NCBI GenBank assembly: GCA_965226375.1
Contig: CBDDCX010000006.1
Coordinates: 448,001 to 512,000, forward strand
Direction: 5' to 3'
Source: Longimicrobiales bacterium
GTDB taxonomy: Bacteria > Gemmatimonadota > Gemmatimonadetes > Longimicrobiales > Gaopeijiaceae
Length of the DNA: 64,000 nucleotides
Shown: in pieces, positions 31,740 to 41,880 of the stretch
Layout: each line of letters starts with the position of its first letter
Numbering within the stretch: the first letter of the stretch is position 1
Notes under the pieces: model-generated
Databases searched by the model: none
What the model was told of the DNA's origin: nothing
The model's input: the letters and a program-made list of their open reading frames with translations, nothing else
Translations under genes and position numbers: made by a program

Positions 31740-31779
31740 TTAATCCCGTAGAGTGTCCCATTGTCGTTGACAGGTTCCG

Positions 31780-32010
31780 ATACATCATCTGCACCTCGTC
31801 GAAGTCGATGACAACGCTCTCTCGTCTTCGGACCGCGCTCGTCCTCGCAAGGCCAATGTCCATCGCGAACACCTGGGCCGCCCTTTGAGCGGCCGTACGC
31901 GTCTGGTAAGCCGAAAACACCCCCGCCGCCGCCGCGAGCGAGAGTGATAGGAGAAGCATGACGACCGTCAGTTCGAGCAGTGTAACGCCTAGTCTCGTCC
32001 CGTGGTCCTC
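31780..32010 (-). pseudogene. FimT/GspH-like prepilin, 5' part
   Basis: LGVTLLELTVVMLLL...ARTSAVRRRESV; start position uncertain. Confidence 0.78.
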
Positions 32011-32221
32011 ACTTCTCCAAAGGCCGTTGCCTCTGGTGAAGCCCAAGTATCTGCGTTCCAATGCGATACCTAAAGATTGGTAAGTTATGTCCCACTTCTC
32101 AACAGTTTTGGTGCGGCAGCGAGCGGACGGGTTTGCCCTGTTCCCTGAGAGGAGGGGAAGTATACCTTGTTTCGACCCGTTCGAGTAAGGTTCGATTCGA
32201 CCACTGCACGAGGAGATTCCC

Positions 32222-32836
32222 ATACCCCGCAAGGCATTCCGCCTGAAGCACGCGTCGGTCGCGGTCGGCCTTTTTCTGGCCCTGGCGGGGCTCCAACCCG
32301 ACGACCTCCGCGCCCAAGACGTCGACGGCGTCGAGTCCATGGAGGCAGTGACGGCCTCCATCGGCGGCTTCCTTCGCGGCGCGAAGATCATAGGCGGGAC
32401 GGAGGCCATGCTGGGGGGCGAGGCCTCGCTCCACTTTTCCCGGCACTTCTCGATCGGTGCGGCCGGGGGAGCCTTGTTAGGCCCGGTGTCCGTGACCGAA
32501 TCCGGGGCCGACCTCGGCACGGACCTGCGTATGGGTTACGGGGGCGTGCTCCTCGGATACGAGGCTCGCACAGCGAATACGGTCTCGGTGGCCGGACGAT
32601 TGCTTCTGGGGGCCGGCCACGCGTCGATAAGGGCGATACCGGTGGGAAACGAGCTAGGAGCGGACAACTTTTTGGTCCTCGAGCCCGAGGTCGTACTGCG
32701 GTTCCGTGCGGTGGGACCCGCGCACCTCGGGTTGGGGGCGGGCTATCGGATGACCTTCGGAGTTCAGGATCTGCCTACCCTGACGGACCACGATCTCGAG
32801 GGTGTCAGTGTGACGATCCTCCTGCTATTTCTGTAG
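32222..32836 (+). CDS. Small outer-membrane beta-barrel protein (apparent ATA start)
   Basis: AGGAG RBS, then in-frame ATA and a signal-like segment; MGYGGVLLGY, FLVLEPEV and GAGYR amphipathic strands. Confidence 0.6.
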   Translation: MPRKAFRLKHASVAVGLFLALAGLQPDDLRAQDVDGVESMEAVTASIGGFLRGAKIIGGTEAMLGGEASLHFSRHFSIGAAGGALLGPVSVTESGADLGTDLRMGYGGVLLGYEARTANTVSVAGRLLLGAGHASIRAIPVGNELGADNFLVLEPEVVLRFRAVGPAHLGLGAGYRMTFGVQDLPTLTDHDLEGVSVTILLLFL

Positions 32837-35800
32837 GACCCCACCCCCGGTCGCTCCGTTGGCGAGCTCCGCCATCAAAGCGATCTCCCGAACCGCCACA
32901 GAGAGCCCCGATACCGACATGGATTCCTCACCGCGGATCTCCTCCATCAGTTCCTGGAAACGCCCATACTCGCCTGTGTTGGTGCGTAAAGCTCCGTCCC
33001 CCTCTTCCGACCCCACGACCAGCCGTGTGAGGGATGAATGCGCCCGACTCAGATCGGCGGCCAACGCCTGCGCAGCCCGCTGTTCCCAACGATCCTCCGA
33101 GGCAGATCCGAAGATCGCCTGCCTGAGCCATGGAATGTGGAAACGCTCGGAGACCTGGTAGTACGCCCGAGCCGCCACCAGAGGCTCCGTACCCGTCTCC
33201 CGCGCAACTCGGAGGATCTCGAGCAACTGATCGAGGAACCGGAGGGTGATCAGGCTCCGCGCAAGAGACGACTCCGCACCGTTTCGTTCGATCTCGGTCA
33301 CGCGACGCTCGAAGACGATCTTGTCCTCCCCAGCCACAAAGTCCCCGAAGTCGGCGCGCAGCGTCTCGAGCTTGCCCCGGTTCTCGCCGATGAGCTTGGC
33401 CGTCTGGCTCTCACTGTCAACATTCGCAAGAATCCAGCGAGTAGTCCTTTCGAGTACTCGTGCAAGCCCGAGCAGCCAACGATACGCCACCCTCGACGAG
33501 AGTCCCGCCTCGGCTCCGCTCACTCTACGGACGAGCTCCTGATGACCGGCCAGACGTGCTGCAATCAGCCACGCCCGAGCGACGTCGGCAGCCTCCCGAC
33601 CCGTATCGCGCGACACGCGGTTCACAAAAGTGGCACCCATCAGGTCGACCAGGTCGTTGGTCAACTGGCAAGCGACGATCTCGCGCCGCAGCCTATGGAG
33701 GCCAAGGCTCTGCTTGCCCGAAGCCTCCAGGGCGGCGTCGGGGAAGTAGTCCAGCAGGTAGTCCTCCGTGCCATCGTCGTCCGGGAGCTCGCTTTTGAGT
33801 AGACGGCCCATGAGCTCCAGCTTGGCGTAGGACAGCAGCACACAAAGCTCCGGACGGGTCAGGGAAACCCCCTGCTCCTCCAGTCGGTCGCACAGCACCT
33901 CCCACGTCGGCAGATGCTCTGCGGCTCGCTCCAGCCCACCGGTCTTTTCCAGCGCGGACATGAGGTCCCTGAAATCGTCCAGGCCGTCGCTGGCCCTCTG
34001 TTGGTCGAGGGAGATGGCAAGACTCTGGCTCTCGTTGTCGGCGAGAACCAGTTGAGCAACGGAATCTGTGAGTTGCTCGAGCAGTTGGTTCCGGTCGTCC
34101 TCACCCATGGTCCCCGAGCGAACGGGATGCCTTAGCAGGATCTTGAGGTTGACCTCCCGATCGGAGAGGTCCACACCACCCGAGTTGTCCAAGGCATCCG
34201 TGTTCAGCATACCACCTCGCAGGGCGAAGTCGATCCGAGCCCGTTGCGTGAAGCCCAGGTTGCCGCCCTCGCCCACGACCCGGCAGCGAAGCTCATCGGA
34301 GTTCACCCGGACAGCGTCGTTGGAGGGATCCCCCGCATCGGCGTCGGACTCGAAAGGTGCCTTTACGTACGTCCCGATGCCGCCGTTCCAGAGCAGCTCC
34401 ACGGGTGACCGGAGTACCACTCTGATGAGAGACTCCCCATCGAGAGTCTCCACGTCGTCCGAAACTCCTAGCGCCTTGCGCGCCTCGGGGGTGAGATCGA
34501 CCTCCTTCGCGCCTCGGGGCACGATCATGGCACCCGTACTCAGGACGTCGCGATCGTAGTCCTCCCAACTCGACGGCCCCAGCGCGAAGACACGCTGGCG
34601 CTCCTTGAACGAGGCTTCGGGATCAGGATCGGGATCGATGAAGACATGGCGGTGGTCGAAGGCCGCGACGAGCTTGATCTGCGTGGAGAGGAGCATTCCG
34701 TTGCCGAACACGTCTCCGCTCATGTCCCCGATCCCGACCACGGTGAAGGGCTCCATCTGGATGTCCTTGCCCTGCTCGCGGAAATGCCGCTTCACGCACT
34801 CCCAGGCACCCCCGGCCGTGATGCCCACTACCTTGTGGTCGTAACCGTACGATCCCCCGGAGGCGAAAGCATCGCCCAACCAGAAGTCGTACTCGGCGGC
34901 TACACCGTTGGCCACGTCCGAGTACTTGGCGGTGCCCTTGTCCGCCGCCACCACCAGGTACGGGTCGGCCACGTCCCAGCATACCACGTGCTCAGGCGGA
35001 ACGGTGGCGCCTTCGTGGTCGAGATTGTCGGTAAGGTCGAGTAGCCCCCGCATGAGCGTCTTGTACTGCTCGCGTGACTCCTCCGCCATCTCGTCTCGGT
35101 CGACGATCTTACGTAGGGTGACATACCCCCCCTTCGATCCAGCCGGCACGATGACCGCATTCTTCACCATCTGGGTGTTTACGAGCCCCAGGATCTCCGT
35201 GCGGAAGTCGTCGGGCCGATCGCTGTATCGAATCCCACCGCGAGCGACGGTGGCACCGCGAAGGTGGACGCCCTCCATACGCGAGGATCGCACCCACACC
35301 TCGTACAGCAGCCTCGTTCGAGACACGTCCCGGAGAGCCCTGGCCGCCACCTTGAAGGAGATGTAGGGCACGCCCCCCGAACGTCGCGTAGGTGATCGTC
35401 CCCCGTTGCGGAAGTAATTGGTGCGCAACGTCGCATCGAGAAGAGCCGCCATCCGACGGAGAGCCCGATCGTCCGCCAGGAGCGTAACCGAGGTCATGAG
35501 CTGGGTCAGAAGGGCACGCAGGTCCTCCACGAGCGCCATCCTGTCCTCGTGGTTGACGGGGCCCTCGGGGTCGAACTTGGCCGTAAAGATGTCGAGGAAG
35601 ACCCTGGCGATGTTGGGATAGCTCACGAGCGCCGTGGGCAATGACAGCCGACTCGGCACCGCGCCCAACTGGAACGCGTAGGCCGTATACGCTCTGAGCA
35701 CGTCGACCTCTCTCCATGAGAGGTTGGCCAGGATTACGAGTGCGTTCAGAGTATCGTTGGTCGCGTCACCGAAGCGGACGGCCAAGATAGCGTCAGCGAG

Positions 35801-37732
35801 GAGGGGTCCCTGATCCTCGGCCTCGAGCGGCCTCGCCGCCGAATCCTGCACCGAGAACGAGTAGATGATGGCGTCGGGCGTACCCCGCCCCTTGATTTCG
35901 TAGGGCACCACCGCGATCACCCTGAGGCCCGCATTCTCCAGAATCGGCATGAAATCCGAGAGGATGAGCTTTTCGCCGATCAGGTAGAGCTTCAGCTCCG
36001 TGGTGGCGCCCTCCTCGTCAGGGGCACTACCGCCAGCGAACGAGATGGAGACCACGCGGTCGTCCGCCCGCATGGCCTCCAGTTCAAGAATGTCATTGAC
36101 CGCCACCAACGGCTCCGTGGCAGCTCTGTACTCAGGACTGAACCCCTCGCCATATCGAGCCGCGAGACGACGGGCCTCTTCGGGCGGTCGTACCTTTTCG
36201 AGGCCCCCTCGAACACGATCCGCCCAGGACCTGATGAGCTCTCCGATCAACTTCTCCAGGTCGCGGCTGTCTAGTCCCTCGATCTCCTCACCGGGCGCGG
36301 CCATATAGAAGTGCAGTCGGGCTTGATCGCCTTCGCCCAGGGTCAGGTGATAGTTCAGGACATCGGCCTGGAGATACCGAACCAGAGCCTCTTCGATTGC
36401 CCGCCGCACGTCACCGGAGAATCTGTCCTTGGGGATGATGACCATGACCGAAAATCCCCGACGGAAGGGATCTTCTCGCACCGTAACGCGGACGTCGTCC
36501 GTGTGGTACGACGTCAGAACGATCTGGACATCGGCACCTATCTGTTCCACCGTCGAGACGAACAGCTCCTCCTTCGGCATGGAGCTGAAGATCGTCTTGA
36601 TCTCCTTGTAGTCGTGTGATCCCTCTGAGGCGCTGGCACCGTCGAGGATCACCTGCAGCTTGCGCCGCAGGATGGGGATTTTCTCCGCTTCCTCCGAATA
36701 GGCCTTCGATGTAAACAGGCCGATGAACCGGTGCTCTCCCAGAACCTGCCCTTCCGACGAGAGCTGCTTGATCCCGATGTAGTCCATCCGGGCGAGGCGG
36801 TGCACGGTAGATAGGGCATTGGTCTTACTGATGATCAGGTTCGGCCCACCCTCGAGCAGGTCCCTGATCCCGGGCCGGAGATCGCTCACCAGCACCGGCT
36901 CCGCGTAGGACGACTCCGCCTCGTTCCTCAGGACCCCGAGACCCGAGCCGGGCTCGACCACAATGGCCCTTCCACCCTCGATGTCGACCAGGTCGTAACC
37001 CCGATACCCCAGGAAGACGAAGCCCCCATCACGGAGCCAGCGCAGAAACGCCTGAATCTCGCCGAGCTCCTCGCCGATTTCGGCGAGCTCGGCCATGCTC
37101 TCCGCAAGCTCGGCCACGACGTCGTTTACCGCATCGATCATGGGATGGAAGTCGTCGGTGGCCCGGACCACATCCTGAAGTCGACTGTTCGCCTCGTTAC
37201 GGAGGTAGTCCAGGGCCACAGGGTCCGTGACCCGGCCCACCTCACAGTGCACAAGCGACTCCTTGGTCTCTCCCTCCCTGGATGCCCGCACATCTGTGAC
37301 CTGGCCATCCTCGCCCCGCTCCACGTGGATCACGGGGTAGACGAGATGCTCTATGGAGAGGTCCTGCGTGTGCAAGAACTCCCGGAGGGAGTCCACGATG
37401 AACGGACGCTCGGAGATGTTGGTGCGCAGAACCGTTACGGGTGCGAACCATCCTTCGTTGTCGACATCCGGATTAAACACCTCCACGTCGACCCGATCGG
37501 GCCGGGCACGCTGGAGAAAACGCCAGGCCCCGAGCACCGTGCGTGCCAGTGCCTCCGCGCTGCGCTCTTGCAGAAACTCCCCTGTCGCCTTGGACAAGAA
37601 GATCTCCGCGAACGAGGTGACTAGTGCAGCTTCGTCCGGGGAGACCTGCCGCTCGAGTTGCCGGCATACCGCGTCGATGGTAGGCGAGTCCTGCCGCAGT
37701 TGGCGGACCGTCGCTTCGGATGTGTCGCTCAT
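32825..37732 (-). CDS. gdh: Large NAD-specific glutamate dehydrogenase
   Basis: ~1635 aa; ARGGIRYSDR, QMVKNAVIVP, YLVVAADKGTA, GDAFASGGS, GDMSGDVFGNG, EGGNLG. Confidence 0.95.
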   Translation of the reverse strand: MSDTSEATVRQLRQDSPTIDAVCRQLERQVSPDEAALVTSFAEIFLSKATGEFLQERSAEALARTVLGAWRFLQRARPDRVDVEVFNPDVDNEGWFAPVTVLRTNISERPFIVDSLREFLHTQDLSIEHLVYPVIHVERGEDGQVTDVRASREGETKESLVHCEVGRVTDPVALDYLRNEANSRLQDVVRATDDFHPMIDAVNDVVAELAESMAELAEIGEELGEIQAFLRWLRDGGFVFLGYRGYDLVDIEGGRAIVVEPGSGLGVLRNEAESSYAEPVLVSDLRPGIRDLLEGGPNLIISKTNALSTVHRLARMDYIGIKQLSSEGQVLGEHRFIGLFTSKAYSEEAEKIPILRRKLQVILDGASASEGSHDYKEIKTIFSSMPKEELFVSTVEQIGADVQIVLTSYHTDDVRVTVREDPFRRGFSVMVIIPKDRFSGDVRRAIEEALVRYLQADVLNYHLTLGEGDQARLHFYMAAPGEEIEGLDSRDLEKLIGELIRSWADRVRGGLEKVRPPEEARRLAARYGEGFSPEYRAATEPLVAVNDILELEAMRADDRVVSISFAGGSAPDEEGATTELKLYLIGEKLILSDFMPILENAGLRVIAVVPYEIKGRGTPDAIIYSFSVQDSAARPLEAEDQGPLLADAILAVRFGDATNDTLNALVILANLSWREVDVLRAYTAYAFQLGAVPSRLSLPTALVSYPNIARVFLDIFTAKFDPEGPVNHEDRMALVEDLRALLTQLMTSVTLLADDRALRRMAALLDATLRTNYFRNGGRSPTRRSGGVPYISFKVAARALRDVSRTRLLYEVWVRSSRMEGVHLRGATVARGGIRYSDRPDDFRTEILGLVNTQMVKNAVIVPAGSKGGYVTLRKIVDRDEMAEESREQYKTLMRGLLDLTDNLDHEGATVPPEHVVCWDVADPYLVVAADKGTAKYSDVANGVAAEYDFWLGDAFASGGSYGYDHKVVGITAGGAWECVKRHFREQGKDIQMEPFTVVGIGDMSGDVFGNGMLLSTQIKLVAAFDHRHVFIDPDPDPEASFKERQRVFALGPSSWEDYDRDVLSTGAMIVPRGAKEVDLTPEARKALGVSDDVETLDGESLIRVVLRSPVELLWNGGIGTYVKAPFESDADAGDPSNDAVRVNSDELRCRVVGEGGNLGFTQRARIDFALRGGMLNTDALDNSGGVDLSDREVNLKILLRHPVRSGTMGEDDRNQLLEQLTDSVAQLVLADNESQSLAISLDQQRASDGLDDFRDLMSALEKTGGLERAAEHLPTWEVLCDRLEEQGVSLTRPELCVLLSYAKLELMGRLLKSELPDDDGTEDYLLDYFPDAALEASGKQSLGLHRLRREIVACQLTNDLVDLMGATFVNRVSRDTGREAADVARAWLIAARLAGHQELVRRVSGAEAGLSSRVAYRWLLGLARVLERTTRWILANVDSESQTAKLIGENRGKLETLRADFGDFVAGEDKIVFERRVTEIERNGAESSLARSLITLRFLDQLLEILRVARETGTEPLVAARAYYQVSERFHIPWLRQAIFGSASEDRWEQRAAQALAADLSRAHSSLTRLVVGSEEGDGALRTNTGEYGRFQELMEEIRGEESMSVSGLSVAVREIALMAELANGATGGGVLQK

Positions 37733-37960
37733 GGGTAAGTCAGGAGGAGCCTGTGCGCGTTTGCGTCGCGACGATCGAGGGTCAGAAGAAGAGTCCTCGC
37801 GATTGATCGTCAAAGATAGAAACGGCCACTGGTCCCTTCAAGAAGCACGTGTATGATCCCGGGTCAGCGGCCAACGTTGCCCGTCCAGCCCTGGCCCTCG
37901 CCCACCGGCTGCGTCTAGCTTTCGTGAGCCGGCCTACACGTTGACCATCCCAGGCAACTA

Positions 37961-39202
37961 ATGCGCTTCATTCACGCCGCCGACATACACCTCGACACCG
38001 CATTCTCGAGCCGCTCGGACACGGTCCGGGCACGTTTGCGCGATGCGTCACGCGTCGCCTTCCGGCGGCTCGTCGATCTGGCCCTGGCAGAGGAAGTAAA
38101 CGCGGTCCTCCTGGCCGGTGACCTTTTCGACGACGAACGGCTCTCGTTCCAGACCGAGCGCTTTCTCCTGGAACAACTCCACCGCCTCGAGCAGGCTGGC
38201 GTACCCGTAGTGTACGCAACCGGAAACCACGATCCGGGCCGTGAGGGACGTCGATCGGCAGATCTCGCGTGGCCCGACAACGTGACAGTGGCCGGGAGAC
38301 GAGAAGCTGTGCGCATTACCGTCGAGAACCCCGAAGGCGAAGCTCTGGGCGTGGTAACGGCCGCAGGGCACGAAACCGCCGCGGAAACGGAGGACCTGTC
38401 GGAGACCTTCCCGACCCCAGAGGGACGCCTCCCGGAGGTGGCCGTTCTGCACACCCAGGTCGTGGACTCTCCCGGAGCCACAGATCACGCGCGATACGCC
38501 CCTTCCCACCTCGACGCCTTGAAGGGCGCCGGCTTCGACTATTGGGCGTTGGGGCACGTGCACAAGCGTGCCTGCCTCTGCGAACATCCCGGCATCTACT
38601 ACCCCGGCAATCTCCAGGGACGCACCCATGGCGAACGTGGAGCCAAGGGCTGCCTACTCGTGGAACTCTCACCGGGCGCAGCCCCGACCGTGGAGTTCAA
38701 GGAGTTGGCCCCGATTCGATGGGAGGATGTAGAGGTTCGGGATCCCACCGACGCTGCCTCGCTCGATGCTCTCGTGCGCACGGTAGCCTCCCGGTGGGAC
38801 GAGGCAGTGAATGGAAACGGGATATCCGGGTGGATCGCCCGCATAAGCATCTCCGGAGCGACGCCTCTCTGGAGGGAGCTGTCGCGTGAAGAGGATCAGG
38901 AGCACTTGCGAGAGGAACTGGCTCATCGACTCGAGTTGCTCGACGTGACGCTCCACATCGGCAGCGTACATCCGGAGATTTCGGTCGAGGAACACGCAGC
39001 CCGAGAGGATGTGCTGGGGCAGGTACTGCAACTGGTGGCTTCGGTTCGAGCCGGGGATGCCACCGTGGCCGATCTGCGACCCGAACTCCTTCTTGGTCTG
39101 GACGGACAGGATCATCTGGACGAGTACGTCCGGACCCTCCTGCATTCAGCTGAAGAAGAAGTCCTGTCACGTATGCTCAAAAACGTGGTCGAGCAGGGAT
39201 GA
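37961..39202 (+). CDS. yhaO: SbcD/Mre11-like metallophosphoesterase nuclease (YhaO type)
   Basis: HAADIHLD, AGDLFD, GNHD, ALGHVH, YPGNLQGR. Confidence 0.88.
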   Translation: MRFIHAADIHLDTAFSSRSDTVRARLRDASRVAFRRLVDLALAEEVNAVLLAGDLFDDERLSFQTERFLLEQLHRLEQAGVPVVYATGNHDPGREGRRSADLAWPDNVTVAGRREAVRITVENPEGEALGVVTAAGHETAAETEDLSETFPTPEGRLPEVAVLHTQVVDSPGATDHARYAPSHLDALKGAGFDYWALGHVHKRACLCEHPGIYYPGNLQGRTHGERGAKGCLLVELSPGAAPTVEFKELAPIRWEDVEVRDPTDAASLDALVRTVASRWDEAVNGNGISGWIARISISGATPLWRELSREEDQEHLREELAHRLELLDVTLHIGSVHPEISVEEHAAREDVLGQVLQLVASVRAGDATVADLRPELLLGLDGQDHLDEYVRTLLHSAEEEVLSRMLKNVVEQG

Positions 39203-41880
39203 AGCTCGAGCGTATTCGCGCACGTGCGTTCGGCGGCCTGGAGGCGTTCGATTCGGGGGAAGAACCGCTCTCGGACCTGGCCGTGGTCGTGGGGCCCAAC
39301 GAGTCGGGCAAGACTACCTTCTTCCACCTGCTGGCATCGATCATCTACGGGCTCTACCCGACCTCCCGGGATCTGCACCCCTACGCGCCCTGGAGCGGAC
39401 ACGACCTCGATGTAGAAGCCGACCTGCGCCTGGATGATGACGAATTGTGGAGCGTCCGGAGACGTCTTCTCGCCTCCCCTTCCGGCCAACTCACCCGAGG
39501 CGAACATGAAAAAGCCCTCCGCAATGAAACCCTGCCCTGTGCGACGCACGTCACGCGCGGAGTCTTCCATCAGGTGTTCGCCCTGACCCACACGGAAATA
39601 TCCACCCTCGAGTCTGAGGCCTGGTCGGACATACAGGACCGGCTCATCGGCGCGATGGGTGCACGCGACCTGGTCACTGCACGCTCTGCGGCAGAGGTAC
39701 TCGAGCTGGAAGCTCGCGGGCTGTGGCGACCCGACCGCAGGGGCAAACAGGAGATCCGCCAGTTGCGGGAGCGCATCCATACTGCTTCGGCGAGGCGCCG
39801 CCAAGCGTTGGAAACCGATCGACTGCTCAGAGGCTCGATGGGTGCCCTGGAGCAAGTCAGGCACGATCTGAAAGAGGCCAAACTCGTTCGTGAGCAGCAA
39901 AGGCTCCTCATCGAGCGTACGACCACGCTCCTCCCCGCCCGGAAGCTGCTCGATCGCGCGGCCGAGCTCGACGAGGAGGCCGGCCCACTCCGGGCGTTAG
40001 ACGAGATTCCCCCGGATCCCGTCGCTGCGCACGGCCGCCTCGTCGCCGAAGTGGCCAAGCTCCGCGAACGTCTTGCCCGCAACTGCGAGGAATCCAAGGT
40101 TCCCCGCGAGCGCATGGACACCTTCGGATCCGCCGGAGCTCGCATTCTCGAGGCCCGCGTGGACATCGAGGATCTCGGGGCGGAGGTGGCCGGCCTGAAA
40201 CCGGCTCGTGCCCGCCTCGGCTCCCTAGAACGCGAAATCCAGGACCATCGTCGTCACACCGGTGCGTCCCTGAACGATCTGTTCACGCGAATCCTCACCC
40301 CAGACGAAGAGAGGGCCCTGAGGCGCATCGCGCCGAAGCAGCTCCACGAGCGCATCAGAAGCGCGGTCAGAGCAAGGGATCGTCAGCGGCAACAGGAAAT
40401 TCGCTCCACGCTCCGCGGGGAGACCCCGAGACCTTCAGCCCTAACCCTACTGATCGGCGTGACGTCGGGGCTGGCAGCAGCGGCCCTTTGGTTCACAGAC
40501 GGTGCGGAGCCCTGGCCCAAGGTAGTCGGGGCAATTCTGGCTCTGGCATCGGTCACGCTGCTCACACGGTGGTGGACCATGCGTGAGGTGTTCGTGCGCA
40601 GCGGAGGGGATGATTCGTCCGATTCGCCACCGGAGGGCGGGCCCGGCGATTCGGAGACCGTTGTGTCGGCCGTTACGGCTCTCCGTGGGATTCTTGGTGA
40701 TCTGCCGATCCGTGACGAGGTGGTCGAGGAGCCCGGTCCAGAGATGGGCGCCGCGGTTGTACGGCTCCAGGAGCTGTTGGACGACCTCGACGCTCGAGCT
40801 GTGGAAGCCGAAGAGCTGAGAGGGGCCTTTGCGAGCGCGGGCGAACGCATCGCCACCGTCGGTAGTGGACTGGAGATCGATCTTCCCTCGGATGACACGG
40901 CCGCCGTTCATGTGCTGCAAACCGAGCTTCGTGATGCGGGACGAGCAGAGGAGGTATCCACCTTCGCACGTCGCACGCTGGAAGGTCTGGAACGAGCCCA
41001 ACAAGAGATCCGACATGAGCTCGACGAGCGAACTCGAGAACTCGACCTTCTCGAGGACGCGGTCCGAAAGCTGGGCGAAGGCGACGTCACCTCAGGCTTG
41101 GAGGCGGCCGGGCGAAGGCAGCGCGCCAGGGCGCGCGCGGAGCAGATCCGTGAGGACCTGACCCGCTCCCATCCCGATCTGGAAGAGTTGACCTCTGGAC
41201 TCGACCAACTCGAGAGCGCCGAAGGCCGCCCCATTGGCGACGACGAATTGGCGGCTACGCGGCTCGCCCATGAGGAGCAGTCTGAACACATAGAGGAGCT
41301 TACGGGACGAGTGAAAGAACTCGAGCACGACTGCGCCCACGCCGGGGAGCAAACCACGGCTGACCAGATCGACGGGGAGATCGGGGCGCTGGAAGCCGAT
41401 CTCGGCTACCTGGAGGGCGAGCACGACCGCAAGCTTGTGCTGGCCCACCTCATCCGGGATGCCGATCGCCGATTTCGTGAGGAGCACCAGCCCGATGTGG
41501 TGCGGAAGGCCTCGGACTACCTGAAGACCATCACGAGCGGCCGATACGAGCTCATTACCGTGGGCGACACGGGCAGCTTCCACGTGCGCGGGCCCGGCTC
41601 CGATGGACCCGTGGAGGCGTCGAGCCTCTCCACAGGAGCCCGGGAGCAGCTGTATATGGCGATTCGACTCGCGGTCATGAGTCACCTCGACGAAGAAAGG
41701 GAGAGTCTGCCCGTATTCGTGGACGAAGCCTTCGTTAACTGGGACGCAAGGCGGCGCGCCAGTGCCTTCGCGCTTCTGCGCGAGATCTCGACCACCCGTC
41801 AGGTGTTCGTCATGACCTGTCACGGCCCGTGGGCCGACGAGTTGGTCGCACACGGTGCTCAAAGAATCGAGCTGCCGTGA
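39199..41880 (+). CDS. yhaN: SMC/Rad50-like ATPase (YhaN type) with central TM hairpin
   Basis: GPNESGKTT, LSTGAREQ, VFVDEAFVNWD, MTCH; coiled coils and two hydrophobic helices. Confidence 0.85.
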   Translation: MKLERIRARAFGGLEAFDSGEEPLSDLAVVVGPNESGKTTFFHLLASIIYGLYPTSRDLHPYAPWSGHDLDVEADLRLDDDELWSVRRRLLASPSGQLTRGEHEKALRNETLPCATHVTRGVFHQVFALTHTEISTLESEAWSDIQDRLIGAMGARDLVTARSAAEVLELEARGLWRPDRRGKQEIRQLRERIHTASARRRQALETDRLLRGSMGALEQVRHDLKEAKLVREQQRLLIERTTTLLPARKLLDRAAELDEEAGPLRALDEIPPDPVAAHGRLVAEVAKLRERLARNCEESKVPRERMDTFGSAGARILEARVDIEDLGAEVAGLKPARARLGSLEREIQDHRRHTGASLNDLFTRILTPDEERALRRIAPKQLHERIRSAVRARDRQRQQEIRSTLRGETPRPSALTLLIGVTSGLAAAALWFTDGAEPWPKVVGAILALASVTLLTRWWTMREVFVRSGGDDSSDSPPEGGPGDSETVVSAVTALRGILGDLPIRDEVVEEPGPEMGAAVVRLQELLDDLDARAVEAEELRGAFASAGERIATVGSGLEIDLPSDDTAAVHVLQTELRDAGRAEEVSTFARRTLEGLERAQQEIRHELDERTRELDLLEDAVRKLGEGDVTSGLEAAGRRQRARARAEQIREDLTRSHPDLEELTSGLDQLESAEGRPIGDDELAATRLAHEEQSEHIEELTGRVKELEHDCAHAGEQTTADQIDGEIGALEADLGYLEGEHDRKLVLAHLIRDADRRFREEHQPDVVRKASDYLKTITSGRYELITVGDTGSFHVRGPGSDGPVEASSLSTGAREQLYMAIRLAVMSHLDEERESLPVFVDEAFVNWDARRRASAFALLREISTTRQVFVMTCHGPWADELVAHGAQRIELP

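Larger units (their letters stand above)
30213..31779 (+). mobile_element. IS3-family insertion sequence
   Basis: orfA/orfB pair; imperfect IRs CTGCCAACGTACGTGAGACAC / GTGTCCCATTGTCGTTGACAG; GATAC repeated at 30209-30213 and 31779-31783. Confidence 0.9.
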
